Part shown: in pieces, positions 10,339 through 20,747 of the stretch | Position numbering within the stretch: position 1 is the stretch's first letter | Layout of the letters: the number at the start of each line of letters is the position of its first letter | From: Bacillota bacterium | Lineage (GTDB): Bacteria > Bacillota > Clostridia > UBA1381 > UMGS1253 | Assembly: GCA_022706785.1 (NCBI GenBank) | Contig: JAKJBW010000007.1 | Location: forward strand, 25,599 to 89,598 | Direction: 5' to 3' | DNA length: 64,000 nt | Notes under the pieces: generated by a model | The model's input: only the letters and a program-made list of their open reading frames with translations | Told to the model about the DNA's origin: nothing | Database searches by the model: none | Program-made: the position numbers and the translations under genes

Positions 10339-10728
10339 ATGATACAGCAGATTAAAACCAGTCATGCGCCCGAGGCGATAGGCCCTTACTCGCAAGGCGT
10401 CGGTGCGGGCGGCCTGATCTTTACTTCGGGGCAGATCCCCATAGACCCAAAGAGTGGTGAAGTGACAGGCGGCGGGATAGAGGCGCAGGCGGCGCAGGTG
10501 TTTGAAAACCTGGGTGCGGTGCTTGCGGCTGCGGGCACAGGCTTTTCAGAGGTTGTAAAAACAACGGTGTATCTTAAGGATATGAATGATTTTGGCGCGG
10601 TAAACGAAATCTACGCTTCCTATTTCTCACAGCCGTATCCGGCAAGGTCGTGCGTTCAGGTGGCGCGCCTGCCAAAGGATGTGCTGGTGGAAATTGAGGC
10701 TGTGGCTGTGCGTCAGTCTGCGCTGTGA
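10339..10728 (+). CDS. ridA: RidA/YjgF-family reactive-intermediate deaminase
   Basis: GAGGTG SD 7 nt before ATG 10339. APEAIGPYSQG ... SGQIP ... ARSCVQVARLPKDVLVEIEA. Confidence 0.85.
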   Translation: MIQQIKTSHAPEAIGPYSQGVGAGGLIFTSGQIPIDPKSGEVTGGGIEAQAAQVFENLGAVLAAAGTGFSEVVKTTVYLKDMNDFGAVNEIYASYFSQPYPARSCVQVARLPKDVLVEIEAVAVRQSAL

Positions 10729-10832
10729 TGTATCCCGCGTCCGGCGCAGATGTTCCCACCCCAACCGCCGAAAACCTGCCGCACGGCGGATACAGCACTT
10801 TGCACAGCGGCTGCAACGAAAAAGGAATAGTT

Positions 10833-11612
10833 ATGCAAAATGCGTTTTCAAGGACACAGATGCTTTTAGGTAAAGAGGCTATGGAAAGGCTGGCGGCCTG
10901 TACCGTCGCCGTTTTCGGCATAGGCGGCGTTGGCTCGTATGCGGCTGAGGCGCTTGTCCGAAGCGGTGTGGGGGGGCTTGCCCTGTTTGATCCCGATGCG
11001 GTGTGCCTCACCAACATCAACAGACAGCTCATTGCCACGCATGAAACCATTGGCAAGAAAAAGGTGACTGTGATGCAGGAGCGGGCACTTCAGATTAATC
11101 CCGGGTGCCGCGTGGAAAAGTATGAATGCTTCTATTCGGCTGAAAATGCGTCGCAGTTTGACTTGTCAAAATATGCTTACATCATAGATGCGGTGGATAC
11201 CGTTTCCTCCAAGCTCACTCTGGTGCAGCAGGCAAAAGAGGCTGGCGTTCCCATCATCAGCTGTATGGGCGCAGGCAATAAGCTCGACCCCACCGCCTTC
11301 GAGGTGGCCGATATCACCAAAACCTTGATGTGCCCTTTGGCAAAGGTGATGCGAAAAGAGCTGAAGGCAAGGGGGATCACATCGCTTAAGGTGGTGTATT
11401 CCAGGGAAAAGCCGCTGTGCCCCATAGACGACGGCCAGCCAACCTGCAAAAACGGCTGCGTCTGTCCGCCCGACGCTAAAATAAGGTGTGCCGACAGGCG
11501 TCAAATTCCCGGCAGCGTGGCGTTTGTGCCTTCTGTGGCCGGCCTAATTCTGGCCGGCGAGGTGATCAAGGATTTGATTGCCTCTGCCGCGCAAAATTCG
11601 GTAAAGCCGTAG
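10833..11612 (+). CDS. tcdA: tRNA threonylcarbamoyladenosine dehydratase (ThiF/E1-like)
   Basis: Start at ATG 10833. VAVFGIGGVGSYAAEALVRSGVG ... DPDAVCLTNINRQ. Confidence 0.75.
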   Translation: MQNAFSRTQMLLGKEAMERLAACTVAVFGIGGVGSYAAEALVRSGVGGLALFDPDAVCLTNINRQLIATHETIGKKKVTVMQERALQINPGCRVEKYECFYSAENASQFDLSKYAYIIDAVDTVSSKLTLVQQAKEAGVPIISCMGAGNKLDPTAFEVADITKTLMCPLAKVMRKELKARGITSLKVVYSREKPLCPIDDGQPTCKNGCVCPPDAKIRCADRRQIPGSVAFVPSVAGLILAGEVIKDLIASAAQNSVKP

Positions 11613-11680
11613 CGCATATGAACTTTCAAAGCTATAACCAGAGCAAACTATTAAATTAAACAAGAAAGCGTGTAATAGCT

Positions 11681-12967
11681 ATGACACAGGAAAGAAAATA
11701 TAAATTTGAAACCCTGCAGCTGCATGTGGGGCAGGAAAAACCGGACTCCGCGACCGGTGCGAGGGCGGTGCCGATCTATCAGTCGACCTCGTATGTGTTT
11801 GCCGATTGCGCACAGGCGGCGGCGCGCTTTGACCTGAGCGAGCCGGGCAACATCTATTCGCGTATTATGAACCCTACCTCAGATGTGCTTGAAAGGCGCA
11901 TTGCCGCGCTGGAGGGCGGCATTGGGGCGCTGGCAACGGCCAGCGGAGCCGCTGCCGTTACCTATGCCGTTCAAAACATTGCCCATGCGGGCGACCATAT
12001 CGTATCTGCCAATACGCTGTACGGCGGTACATACAACCTGTTTGCACATACCCTCCGCGACTTCGGCATTGGCGTGACCTTTGTTAATCCCGATGAGGAA
12101 GGCAGCTTTGAGGCGGCTATTAAGCCAAACACCAAGGCGATCTTTATAGAAAGTCTGGGGAACCCCAATTCAAGTATAATTGACATTGAGGCGGTGGCCA
12201 AAATCGCGCACAAGCACGGACTTCCGCTTATCGTGGACAATACCTTCCCAACGCCTTATCTGCTGCGTCCCATTGAGCACGGTGCCGACATCGTGGTGCA
12301 TTCGGCCACAAAGTTCATAGGCGGACACGGCACCACCCTCGGCGGTGTGATCGTAGACGGCGGACGTTTCGACTGGGCGGCTTCGGGCCGTTTCCCATGC
12401 CTTACAGAGCCTGACCCCAGCTATCATGGCGCAGTATTTACCGATATTGCGGGCAATGCGGCTTACATTGTCAAGGCAAGGGTAACCCTTCTTCGCGACA
12501 CGGGTGCGGCGCTTTCGCCTTTTAACGCTTTTCTGCTCCTTCAAGGCATTGAAACGCTTTCGCTTCGCATAGAGCGGCACGTGCAAAACGCGCTTGCCGT
12601 TGTGGACTTTTTGAAAAATCATCCCAGAGTGGCGCGTGTGAACCATCCTTCACTGCCAGACAGCCCATATCACGCGCTTTACCGCAAATACTTTTCAAAT
12701 GGCGCAGGCTCCATTTTTACATTCGAAATTAAGGGCGGCGCTGACGCGGCAAAGGCGTTTATCGATAAACTGGATATCTTCTCGCTCCTTGCCAACGTAG
12801 CCGATGTAAAATCGCTTGTCATTCATCCTGCCAGCACAACCCATTCCCAGATGAATGAGCAGGAGCTGGCCGATTCCGGCATCAAGCCGGGCAGCATCCG
12901 CCTGTCGGTGGGTACGGAGCATATCGACGATTTGATTGATGATCTGAAGCAGGCTTTGTCGGGCTAA
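11681..12967 (+). CDS. O-acetylhomoserine sulfhydrylase (PLP-dependent Cys/Met-metabolism family)
   Basis: 428 aa. [10 protein letters not shown] ... [12 protein letters not shown] (PLP lysine) ... [14 protein letters not shown]. Confidence 0.85.
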   Translation: MTQERKYKFETLQLHVGQEKPDSATGARAVPIYQSTSYVFADCAQAAARFDLSEPGNIYSRIMNPTSDVLERRIAALEGGIGALATASGAAAVTYAVQNIAHAGDHIVSANTLYGGTYNLFAHTLRDFGIGVTFVNPDEEGSFEAAIKPNTKAIFIESLGNPNSSIIDIEAVAKIAHKHGLPLIVDNTFPTPYLLRPIEHGADIVVHSATKFIGGHGTTLGGVIVDGGRFDWAASGRFPCLTEPDPSYHGAVFTDIAGNAAYIVKARVTLLRDTGAALSPFNAFLLLQGIETLSLRIERHVQNALAVVDFLKNHPRVARVNHPSLPDSPYHALYRKYFSNGAGSIFTFEIKGGADAAKAFIDKLDIFSLLANVADVKSLVIHPASTTHSQMNEQELADSGIKPGSIRLSVGTEHIDDLIDDLKQALSG

Positions 12968-12991
12968 AATGTTGTTACAATACAGGAGTGG

Positions 12992-14077
12992 ATGCTGATG
13001 TCGGAAAAAGTGATGGTTGCAATGAGTGGCGGCGTGGACAGCTCTGTTGCCGCGGTTTTGCTGCAGGAGCAGGGCTATGAGGTGTGCGGGGCGACGCTTA
13101 AGCTTTTTAGCAATGAGAATATCGGCATTGATGAAACGCACACCTGCTGCTCGCTTCGCGACATTGACGACGCAAGGAGCGTTGCCCGCAGGCTGGGCAT
13201 CAGCCACTATGTGTTCAATTTCGGCGATGATTTCAAGCGCAGTGTAATCGAGCGGTTCGCGAATGGATATGTCAATGCCGAAACGCCCAATCCCTGTATA
13301 GACTGCAACCGGTATATTAAATTTGGCAAGCTTTTGGAGCGGGCTACCTTGCTGGAGCAGGACTTTATCGCCACAGGCCACTACGCACAGGTCGGATGGC
13401 ATGAAGAGAGCGGCCGCTATCTGCTCAAAAAGGCGAAGGACGCCTCCAAGGATCAGACCTATGTGCTCTATGCTATGACCCAGGCCGAGCTGTCAAGGAC
13501 GCTGTTTCCGCTTGGCGCTCTTACAAAAGGCGAGGTGCGTGCCACCGCCGGAGCGCACGGGCTCGCCAACTCAGACAAGCCCGACAGTCAGGACATCTGC
13601 TTTGTGCGCAACAACGACTATGCGGGGTTTTTGGAAAATGTGATGGGAATCCCGGCAGCGCCCGGGGAGTTTGTGGACGAAAGCGGCAAAGCGCTGGGCC
13701 GCCACAAAGGCCTGATCCACTACACCATAGGTCAGCGCAAGGGGCTTGGCCTTAGCTTTGACCGACCCAAGTATGTGATCAAAAAGGATAAGGATACCAA
13801 CACAGTGGTGCTTGGTGACGAAAGTGCGCTGCTCAGTCGGACTGTCGCTGTCGGTGATGTGAATTTGATTTCAGTCGAAGAGCTGACGCGGCCTATGGCG
13901 GTCACGGCCAAGACAAGATATTCGCAGGCGGAGGTGCCTGCCGTGATATCGCCGCTTGGGGATGGGCGCATACAGGTGGAATTTGCGTCCGCTGTGCGTG
14001 CCGCAACGCCTGGGCAGGCGGCTGTATTTTATGACGGTGATACCGTTGTAGGCGGCGGCACGATCCTTTACGCATAA
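12992..14077 (+). CDS. mnmA: tRNA 2-thiouridine(34) synthase
   Basis: 361 aa. VAMSGGVDSSVAA PP-loop, NPCIDCNRYIKF, KDQTYVLY. Confidence 0.9.
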   Translation: MLMSEKVMVAMSGGVDSSVAAVLLQEQGYEVCGATLKLFSNENIGIDETHTCCSLRDIDDARSVARRLGISHYVFNFGDDFKRSVIERFANGYVNAETPNPCIDCNRYIKFGKLLERATLLEQDFIATGHYAQVGWHEESGRYLLKKAKDASKDQTYVLYAMTQAELSRTLFPLGALTKGEVRATAGAHGLANSDKPDSQDICFVRNNDYAGFLENVMGIPAAPGEFVDESGKALGRHKGLIHYTIGQRKGLGLSFDRPKYVIKKDKDTNTVVLGDESALLSRTVAVGDVNLISVEELTRPMAVTAKTRYSQAEVPAVISPLGDGRIQVEFASAVRAATPGQAAVFYDGDTVVGGGTILYA

Positions 14078-14094
14078 ACGAATCGTGAATAGTA

Positions 14095-14260
14095 TTTTAT
14101 ACTAATCTCCAATAGAAATCACAATATCTTTCCGGGCCTTTTTGCACCGGGCGGTGTTCTCCTCTTTAGCGGACGACGGCCCGCCTGCATGGTCAGCCTT
14201 GCCCGGCTGGAAAAATCCTCGGAAATCTTATCGCACTTTCTATTGGAGATTAGTATAAAA
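14095..14260. repeat. Perfect 24-bp inverted repeat flanking a GC-rich 118-bp core
   Basis: ttttatactaatctccaatagaaa at 14095-14118; its exact reverse complement at 14237-14260. Confidence 0.9.
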
Positions 14261-14290
14261 CGGGATACGCAAAGCGCGCATCCCGTTTCA
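14259..14290 (-). terminator. Intrinsic terminator of the flavodoxin-like gene, possibly bidirectional
   Basis: aacgggat / atcccgtt stem. On the minus strand it is followed by TTTTAT. Confidence 0.55.
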
Positions 14291-14323
14291 AGTTTTTGAT
14301 TCAATGATACCAGCCGCAAGAGC

Positions 14324-15034
14324 TTAAAACGGTTTGCCGCCGCTAAGCCAGCCTCGGGATTCCCAGTAGCTTTTATCGTAAGGGATGCAAAAGTTTTTTT
14401 TCATCATGCTTTTGACGATAAAGAACATAAAACCTCTGAAAAAGGGCGAGGGGAGGGCGTCCGCGTTTTTTACGGCTTTTGCGATCTTTTTAGCCAATGC
14501 GGCCGCCTGCTTTTTTATGCGTGCCATATTCGCCTCAGAAACACCATTCCAGGCGGAGGCGGCAACTGCCTTTTTATAGGAAAAAATCCTTTTAACGCCC
14601 CAGAATTTAAGGCTGTATTTTATTGTTTTAGCGGTGTGGGAAAGACCTGCGCCGGCGGTGGTGGACACAGTGAGCCCAATCTTGTTAAACATTTTGGGGT
14701 TAGGCCTGTGGGTAAGCCACATAAAGCATAAATGATCCAGGAGTGCCTTTAACTGTCCTGTCACATCCATCGCGTAAACAGAGGATGTGATAATAATCAG
14801 GTCGGCCTCTGCCAAAGCCTCCGCGATAGGGCTTACACTGGCGGTGTGCGGGCAGGTGTGCTCGCCGTTTTGGAAGCAGGAAAAACAGCCGTTGCAAAAA
14901 TGCGGCATATTCCGGGGTAGAAAGAACTCCGCCGTCTCAATGTGGTCGTAGCGCGAAAGCTCGTCACATATCAGTTGCGCGCAATGACGGGTACTGCCGT
15001 TGCGCGTGCTTCCGTTAATGATGGTCAGTTTCAT
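14324..15034 (-). CDS. Flavodoxin-like fold NAD(P)H-dependent FMN reductase / iron-sulfur flavoprotein-like
   Basis: 236 aa. MKLTIINGSTRNGSTR N-terminus, Cys cluster CNGCFSCFQNGEHTC, and LIIITSSVY. Confidence 0.65.
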   Translation of the reverse strand: MKLTIINGSTRNGSTRHCAQLICDELSRYDHIETAEFFLPRNMPHFCNGCFSCFQNGEHTCPHTASVSPIAEALAEADLIIITSSVYAMDVTGQLKALLDHLCFMWLTHRPNPKMFNKIGLTVSTTAGAGLSHTAKTIKYSLKFWGVKRIFSYKKAVAASAWNGVSEANMARIKKQAAALAKKIAKAVKNADALPSPFFRGFMFFIVKSMMKKNFCIPYDKSYWESRGWLSGGKPF

Positions 15035-15183
15035 AAAAAAACCCCTTTGCCGGATTATTCTGCAGGCTCCGTATCTGTATAAAGTATACCATAGAGGCCT
15101 TATAAATCAAGGGCCTTATACTTTTTAATCATTGCAGAATTATTTAAACAAACAAGCTTTGCGTGCAAATTTCGCCCGATGCA

Positions 15184-15213
15184 TTGACACGCAGCATGTC
15201 TGTATGCTATTAT
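15184..15213 (+). promoter_or_regulatory. Promoter for tRNA-Leu
   Basis: TTGACA, 18 nt, TATTAT, about 30 nt upstream of the tRNA. Confidence 0.45.
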
Positions 15214-15245
15214 ATTAGGGCAGTATTTTTTAAAAAAATCAGTGT

Positions 15246-15332
15246 GCCGGTGTGATGGAATTGGCAGACGTGCTGGACTCAAAATCCAGTGGTAGCGATA
15301 CCGTACCGGTTCGACCCCGGTCACCGGCACCA
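15246..15332 (+). tRNA. tRNA-Leu (anticodon CAA)
   Basis: Acceptor GCCGGTG / CACCGGC, anticodon loop CT-CAA-AA, long variable arm, GGTTCGA T-loop, encoded CCA. Confidence 0.9.
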
Positions 15333-15334
15333 AA

Positions 15335-15366
15335 AGTCTTCGGCTGTCTGCCGAGGACTCTTTTTC
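15335..15366 (+). terminator. Intrinsic terminator after tRNA-Leu
   Basis: agtcttcggc / gccgaggact stem (one G.U pair) followed by CTTTTTC. Confidence 0.55.
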
Positions 15367-15494
15367 TACAGAAAGACCCGGACATTATACCCGGACAACC
15401 CCGGATATGCACTGTAAGCTGTCAAGCGAAACAAACCGCTTTAAGGGGTTTATGCGTTTTAAAGCGGAAAATATAAAGGGGGCTTGTTTCAATC

Positions 15495-16880
15495 ATGAAA
15501 AAGCAGACTGTTTTTACCGCGTGGCTGTTGGTTACGGCGCTGTCCTTAGGGATATTCATAGGTACGCTTGCCGAACCGACGCAGAAGGAGATAACGGCAT
15601 ACCTGAATTCGGCGTATAACATTGATCTGAACGGCAGCCGCTTTGAAGCGACTGATGAAAATGGCACGGCGTATGTGCCCGTTGTATACAACGACAGGAT
15701 ATATCTGCCTCTGAGGGCGATAGGCAATGCCGTCGGCGTTTCGGTGGACTGGGACGAAGCGACGCAAACCGCCAAGCTTACATCGCCAAATACCCAACAG
15801 GTAAAAACAGCAAAAAACGTGATATATATGATCGGCGACGGCATGGGCTTGTATCAGGCACAGATCAGCCAGTGGAAGGGCTTAGGGCCGAAGCAATGGC
15901 TGGCTATGCAGCAAATGCCGGTGACAGGTATTATATCGACATATTCAGCCGATAATCTGGTCACCGATTCCGCCGCCGCGGGAACTGCGCTTTCCTCAGG
16001 CTTTAAAACTAACAACAGTGTCGTAGGCCTTGACCCTGACGGCAAGAAGGTAAAAAATATACTCGAGGCGGCAAGAGAGCAGGGCAAGTCTACAGGTCTG
16101 GTTGCTACGTCAACCATCACGGACGCCACGCCCGCTTCTTTTTCAGCGCACGCCTCCGGCAGAACTAACGTACATGATATCGCATCACAGATCGCCACAT
16201 GCGGCGCCGAGGTGATCCTGGGCGGAGGCAGGGCAGACTTTACTCCCACAGCCAACGGCGGCTCCAGAATCGACGGGCGCAACCTTCTTGACGAGATGGC
16301 ATCGGACGGCTACACCGCCGTAAGAACCAGGGCTGAAATGAACAGCTTTATGATGGGCCGCGGCAAAAAGCTGGTCGGGTTGTTTAAGCCGGGCAACCTT
16401 GAAACCAAGTATCCGCTCGACCCTGCGGGACTTGAGCCCACAATCGAGAACATGACGCGTAAGGCGATAGATGTGCTGAAGGATGATCCGAACGGCTTTG
16501 TACTTATGGTGGAGGGCAGCAAAATAGACAAAATGGCGCATTCAAACGATTCTGCGGCGATGATCCATGAAACGCTGCTTTTTGATAATGCTGTCAGGGC
16601 GGCCGTTGAATTTGCCAAACAAGACGGCAATACCATTGTTATCGTCACAGCCGACCATGAGACCGGTGGTATCAGTATGCCGGACAAGGTCATTTTTACC
16701 GGGGACGAGATGACGAGTGATGTTAAATGGAGCACCGGAGGCCACTCTCCGGCCTATGTGCCACTGTATGCTTATGGCTGCGGCGCCGAGCTGTTTACAG
16801 GTGTGTATGACAATACCCAGATCAGCAGAAAGCTGGCGGATATCCTTGAGCTTAAAAATTTTCCTATGCTGGAACAATAG
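15495..16880 (+). CDS. Secreted alkaline phosphatase (PhoA family) with an N-terminal copper-amine-oxidase-like stalk domain
   Basis: Signal peptide; YVPVVYNDRIYLPLRAIGNAVG; NVIYMIGDGMG; TDSAAAGTALSSG (active-site Ser); ADHETGG. Confidence 0.8.
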   Translation: MKKQTVFTAWLLVTALSLGIFIGTLAEPTQKEITAYLNSAYNIDLNGSRFEATDENGTAYVPVVYNDRIYLPLRAIGNAVGVSVDWDEATQTAKLTSPNTQQVKTAKNVIYMIGDGMGLYQAQISQWKGLGPKQWLAMQQMPVTGIISTYSADNLVTDSAAAGTALSSGFKTNNSVVGLDPDGKKVKNILEAAREQGKSTGLVATSTITDATPASFSAHASGRTNVHDIASQIATCGAEVILGGGRADFTPTANGGSRIDGRNLLDEMASDGYTAVRTRAEMNSFMMGRGKKLVGLFKPGNLETKYPLDPAGLEPTIENMTRKAIDVLKDDPNGFVLMVEGSKIDKMAHSNDSAAMIHETLLFDNAVRAAVEFAKQDGNTIVIVTADHETGGISMPDKVIFTGDEMTSDVKWSTGGHSPAYVPLYAYGCGAELFTGVYDNTQISRKLADILELKNFPMLEQ

Positions 16881-17038
16881 CCATAAAATAAGCAGCGGGC
16901 TTGTTCACCTATGCGAACAAGCCCGTATTAGTGTCAGACATATAGCGCAAAAACTTTAAAAAAGCGGTGGCTGTGCTTGTCATGCTGCGGCATCTGTGCT
17001 ATAATTTTCGGAAATATAAACGGATCGGGGTGGGTGTG

Positions 17039-18142
17039 ATGTTGTCTAAGCTTACTGAAATACTGGCATATCTTGAAACGAATCTGGATGAGGCGCACTT
17101 AAAAAAGGTTGAGCAGCGCTATAAGGACGCGATTGAACTGAAGTCGGAAAAGCCGCCGCTGATCCTCGGATATTTGGACTCCGGTTTTGAGGCATATCCG
17201 TATCCGCAGGTGCACAATGATATGGAAAAAATGCTCTATAACCAGCTATGCGCATGTATGGGCGCGGCACAGGTCAAAGACGACAGTCTCCCCATGGTAC
17301 GCGCCAACTACGGCGTCGGCACGGTGCCTTCGTTATTTGGCCTCACAAGCAGGCTTGTTGGCAACGCCATGCCCTGGGTGGATCATTGCGAAGGAATTGA
17401 CAAGATAAAAGAGATTGTAGATAAAGGCGTTCCTGATCTGGATGCGGGATTCGGGAAAAAGGTAGGTCAGACCCATGCTTTCTACCGTGAAGTGTTTTCT
17501 AAATATCCCAACTGCGAAAGGTGCATCAAGATTTTCCACCCCGACCTGCAGGGGGCGTTTGATATTGCGCATCTGATGTGGGGGCCCGATATCTACTACG
17601 CGCTCTACGATGAGGAGGAGCTGGTACACGAGCTTTTAGAACTGATTACCCAAACATACATTAAAATCTGCGAAAAGTTTAAAACACAGATAAACGACAC
17701 CACAGACGACGGCTACATATATCACTGGTCCACGCTTTATCCGGGCAAGGTACTGCTGCGCAACGATTCTGCGGTCAATCTGTCAAGCGATATGCTTTTA
17801 GAGTTCATACGCCCTTATGATGAAAAGATTCTAGCGCATTTTGGCAGCGGCAGTGTGCATTTCTGCGGCCGTGCGGACCAGTGGGTTAACGAGATGTTTA
17901 AAACGAAAAACTTAAAAGCGCTTAATTTCGGCCATGTGTGGAGTATGCAGTTCGGTCAGGAGTACCTTGATCTGCTCGATACCAAGCTGGAAAAAAAGCT
18001 TCCCATCATCAATTATGTCCTTCGTAAACAGGAATTTGAGCGGTTTGATTTTAGCAGGCACAACAAAGGGCTGACGATTGCCGTAGGTATGGATTCCAAA
18101 CAGGCTGCAATAGAGCAGATACGCAAATACTATAACGAATAA
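17039..18142 (+). CDS. Hypothetical protein, possibly uroporphyrinogen-decarboxylase (URO-D)-like fold
   Basis: Start moved to ATG 17039. Only weak resemblance (GAFDIAHLMWGPDIYYALYDEEELVHELLE; VHFCGRA). Confidence 0.3.
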   Translation: MLSKLTEILAYLETNLDEAHLKKVEQRYKDAIELKSEKPPLILGYLDSGFEAYPYPQVHNDMEKMLYNQLCACMGAAQVKDDSLPMVRANYGVGTVPSLFGLTSRLVGNAMPWVDHCEGIDKIKEIVDKGVPDLDAGFGKKVGQTHAFYREVFSKYPNCERCIKIFHPDLQGAFDIAHLMWGPDIYYALYDEEELVHELLELITQTYIKICEKFKTQINDTTDDGYIYHWSTLYPGKVLLRNDSAVNLSSDMLLEFIRPYDEKILAHFGSGSVHFCGRADQWVNEMFKTKNLKALNFGHVWSMQFGQEYLDLLDTKLEKKLPIINYVLRKQEFERFDFSRHNKGLTIAVGMDSKQAAIEQIRKYYNE

Positions 18143-18185
18143 ATCATTGTGGTCATACCCGACGCTTTACCTGCACAAGGAAAAA

Positions 18186-18222
18186 CCGGCCGCAAAACGC
18201 TTTTGAGCAGTTTTGCGGCCGG
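18186..18222. terminator. Bidirectional terminator between convergent genes
   Basis: ccggccgcaaaac / gttttgcggccgg 13-bp stem. Confidence 0.6.
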
Positions 18223-18247
18223 CGTTATCATTTTACCTGGTTTACCA

Positions 18248-19261
18248 TCAATCGCCATAGCCGTCCGGATTGTTTTTCTGCCAATTCCATGCGTCGCGGC
18301 ACATCTGCACGATATCACGCTTCGCTTCCCAGTCCAGCTCTTTTTTGGCCTTGGCAGGGTCGGCGTAGCAGATGGTGACGTCCCCGGGGCGCCTGTCGGC
18401 AAGCCTATAGTTGATTTTGATATCATTTGCCGTTTCAAACGCCTTAATCACATCCAGAACGCTGTAGCCGGTTCCGGTGCCGAGATTGTGGATGAACACG
18501 CCGCGCTCACGCCTTACCTTGTCCAGCGCTTTTAAGTGCCCTTCGGCCAGATCGGCGACATGGATATAATCGCGTATGCATGTGCCGTCAGGGGTGGGGT
18601 AATCGCTGCCAAAGACGCTCAGCTGGGCCAGCTTTCCGGCCGCGACCTTGGTGATGTAGGGCATGAGGTTGTTGGGGATATCTCTCGGATCCTCTCCGAT
18701 AAGGCCGCTTTGGTGCGCGCCAATAGGATTGAAATACCGCAGCAGGGAAACGGACCATTCGTTGTCCGACACATAGAGGTCCTTTAGTATCTGCTCAATC
18801 ATCAGCTTGGTCTGTCCGTACGGGCTGTAGGCAGAAGTGGGCATATCCTCTGTGAGGGGGACTGTTTCGGCTTTGCCGTACACCGTGGCCGACGAGCTGA
18901 ACACTATCTTTTTTACGCCGAACTCACCCATCACTTCAAGCAGGCACAGGGTGCCGGTAATGTTGTTATGGTAATACTTAAGCGGCAGCGCGACCGATTC
19001 GCCTACAGCCTTCAGCCCCGCAAAATGTATGACGGCGTCAATAGCATTTTCACGCATCACCTTAGAAAGCATGGGTTTGTCGAGGATATCACATTCATAA
19101 AATTTTACGGTTTTGCCTGTGATAGCTTGCACACGGTCAAGCGCGGTGCGGCTGCTGTTGGAAAGATTGTCGACGCAGACCACCTCATGGCCGGTTTCCA
19201 GTAAGGATACGCAGGTGTGTGAGCCGATAAAGCCGGCGCCGCCGGTTACTAATATTGCCAT
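18248..19261 (-). CDS. galE: UDP-glucose 4-epimerase
   Basis: 337 aa. VTGGAGFIGSH, YGQTK (YxxxK), RYFNPIGAH, DGTCIRDYIHV. Confidence 0.9.
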   Translation of the reverse strand: MAILVTGGAGFIGSHTCVSLLETGHEVVCVDNLSNSSRTALDRVQAITGKTVKFYECDILDKPMLSKVMRENAIDAVIHFAGLKAVGESVALPLKYYHNNITGTLCLLEVMGEFGVKKIVFSSSATVYGKAETVPLTEDMPTSAYSPYGQTKLMIEQILKDLYVSDNEWSVSLLRYFNPIGAHQSGLIGEDPRDIPNNLMPYITKVAAGKLAQLSVFGSDYPTPDGTCIRDYIHVADLAEGHLKALDKVRRERGVFIHNLGTGTGYSVLDVIKAFETANDIKINYRLADRRPGDVTICYADPAKAKKELDWEAKRDIVQMCRDAWNWQKNNPDGYGD

Positions 19262-19581
19262 ATTCTCATCCTCCCGAACTGTTTATAATGCAACGGTAGA
19301 AAAATTTTCTTTCCCTAAAGCGTTTCAACGAAGCGGGGGATATCTCTCGCTTCGTTATAAAATCATTTTCGTACTATTATACCCTAATTCCCGCACAGAA
19401 TCAAATTATTTTAAAAAATATGCGCAATTTGTCCTTTTTGCCGCCTTGTTTTGAAAATACAGTTGATAGAATATAAAATTTGGATTATAATAAGATAAAG
19501 GATAAAACAATATCTGCCAATGCGCGGCTGAAAAATGCCTGGCTAAAGAGAAAGCCCGCGGAAACGGAAGTGAATGGCTAA

Positions 19582-20562
19582 GTGATAGAAAGAATATTTG
19601 AACTTGAACGGAACGTGGATGTCGCCGCGCTGTTCGGCAGTTTCGACGCCAACATTAACCTTTTGGAAAAGCAGCTTGGCGTCAAAATATTAAACCGTGA
19701 CTCGGAAATCAAAATACTCGGCGAGGAGCAAAACGCCGAAAATGCGGTCAAGGTTTTTGCCAGCCTGGTGGCGCTGCTTGCGCAGGGTGAGCATTTAAAC
19801 GAGCAGAATATCCTCTATACCATCTCCATGGTGGAGGACGGGCTTGAGCAGAACCTGGGCAGCCTGGGTGCGGACGTGGTGTGTATCAACGCCAAGGGTA
19901 AGCCTATCAAGAGCAAAACCTTGGGCCAGAAAAAATATGTCGGCGCAATCAAAAACAACGTGATAACCTTCGGCATAGGCCCTGCCGGAACAGGCAAAAC
20001 CTATCTTGCGGTGGCGGCGGCCGTCATGGCGTTCCGCAACAAGGCGGTGAGCCGCATCATCCTCACGCGCCCGGCGGTGGAGGCAGGCGAAAAGCTGGGC
20101 TTTCTGCCCGGCGACCTGCAGACCAAGGTAGACCCCTACCTTCGTCCGCTCTACGACGCCATGTATGACATGTTTGGCGCGGAAATGTATCAGAAGCACA
20201 TGGAGCGCGACCTTATCGAGGTGGCGCCTTTGGCGTATATGAGAGGGCGCACGCTGGATGACGCCTTTATCATCCTGGACGAAGCGCAGAATACCACAGC
20301 CGAGCAGATGAAGATGTTTCTCACCCGAATCGGCTTTGGCTCAAAGGTAGTGGTGACGGGCGACATCACGCAGATCGACCTGCCGGAAGGCAAAAAGTCG
20401 GGGCTTAAGGAAGCGGTGAGAATATTGAAAAATATTGAAGGCGTGGAATTTTGCTATCTTACCGAGAAGGACGTTGTGCGCCATCCGCTGGTGCAGAAAA
20501 TCATTAAGGCGTATGAGCGTGTGGAACAGGAAAAGCAGCGTGGGCGTGACAGCGCCAGATAG
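19582..20562 (+). CDS. phoH: PhoH-family ATPase
   Basis: 326 aa. Walker A GPAGTGKTYLA, ILDEAQN, VVTGDITQIDLP. Confidence 0.85.
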   Translation: MIERIFELERNVDVAALFGSFDANINLLEKQLGVKILNRDSEIKILGEEQNAENAVKVFASLVALLAQGEHLNEQNILYTISMVEDGLEQNLGSLGADVVCINAKGKPIKSKTLGQKKYVGAIKNNVITFGIGPAGTGKTYLAVAAAVMAFRNKAVSRIILTRPAVEAGEKLGFLPGDLQTKVDPYLRPLYDAMYDMFGAEMYQKHMERDLIEVAPLAYMRGRTLDDAFIILDEAQNTTAEQMKMFLTRIGFGSKVVVTGDITQIDLPEGKKSGLKEAVRILKNIEGVEFCYLTEKDVVRHPLVQKIIKAYERVEQEKQRGRDSAR

Positions 20563-20747
20563 CGTTTGCATGGGTTTAAACATTTAGATTTTGAGCGGAT
20601 TTTGTGCCGGGCAAGACGAAAATTTGCAAGAATACTTTGTGTATTTAAAAATTTTTAACACAGCAGGGTGTAAAATCCACCAAAAGATGGGCGTCGTCCG
20701 CCCGCGCGCGCACTATCCAAGGACGGAAAAGGAGATTATGTAAGGCA

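Noticed and set aside
14119-14319. 66-aa minus-strand ORF inside the 24-bp inverted-repeat element.
   Set aside because: No SD, it spans the terminator and an IR arm, and it has an Arg/Pro-rich translation.
20563-20747. Gap between phoH and ybeY where many Firmicutes carry a 7TM-HD (yqfF-like) gene.
   Set aside because: No ORF or remnant is recognisable by eye. Probably just lineage-specific absence.
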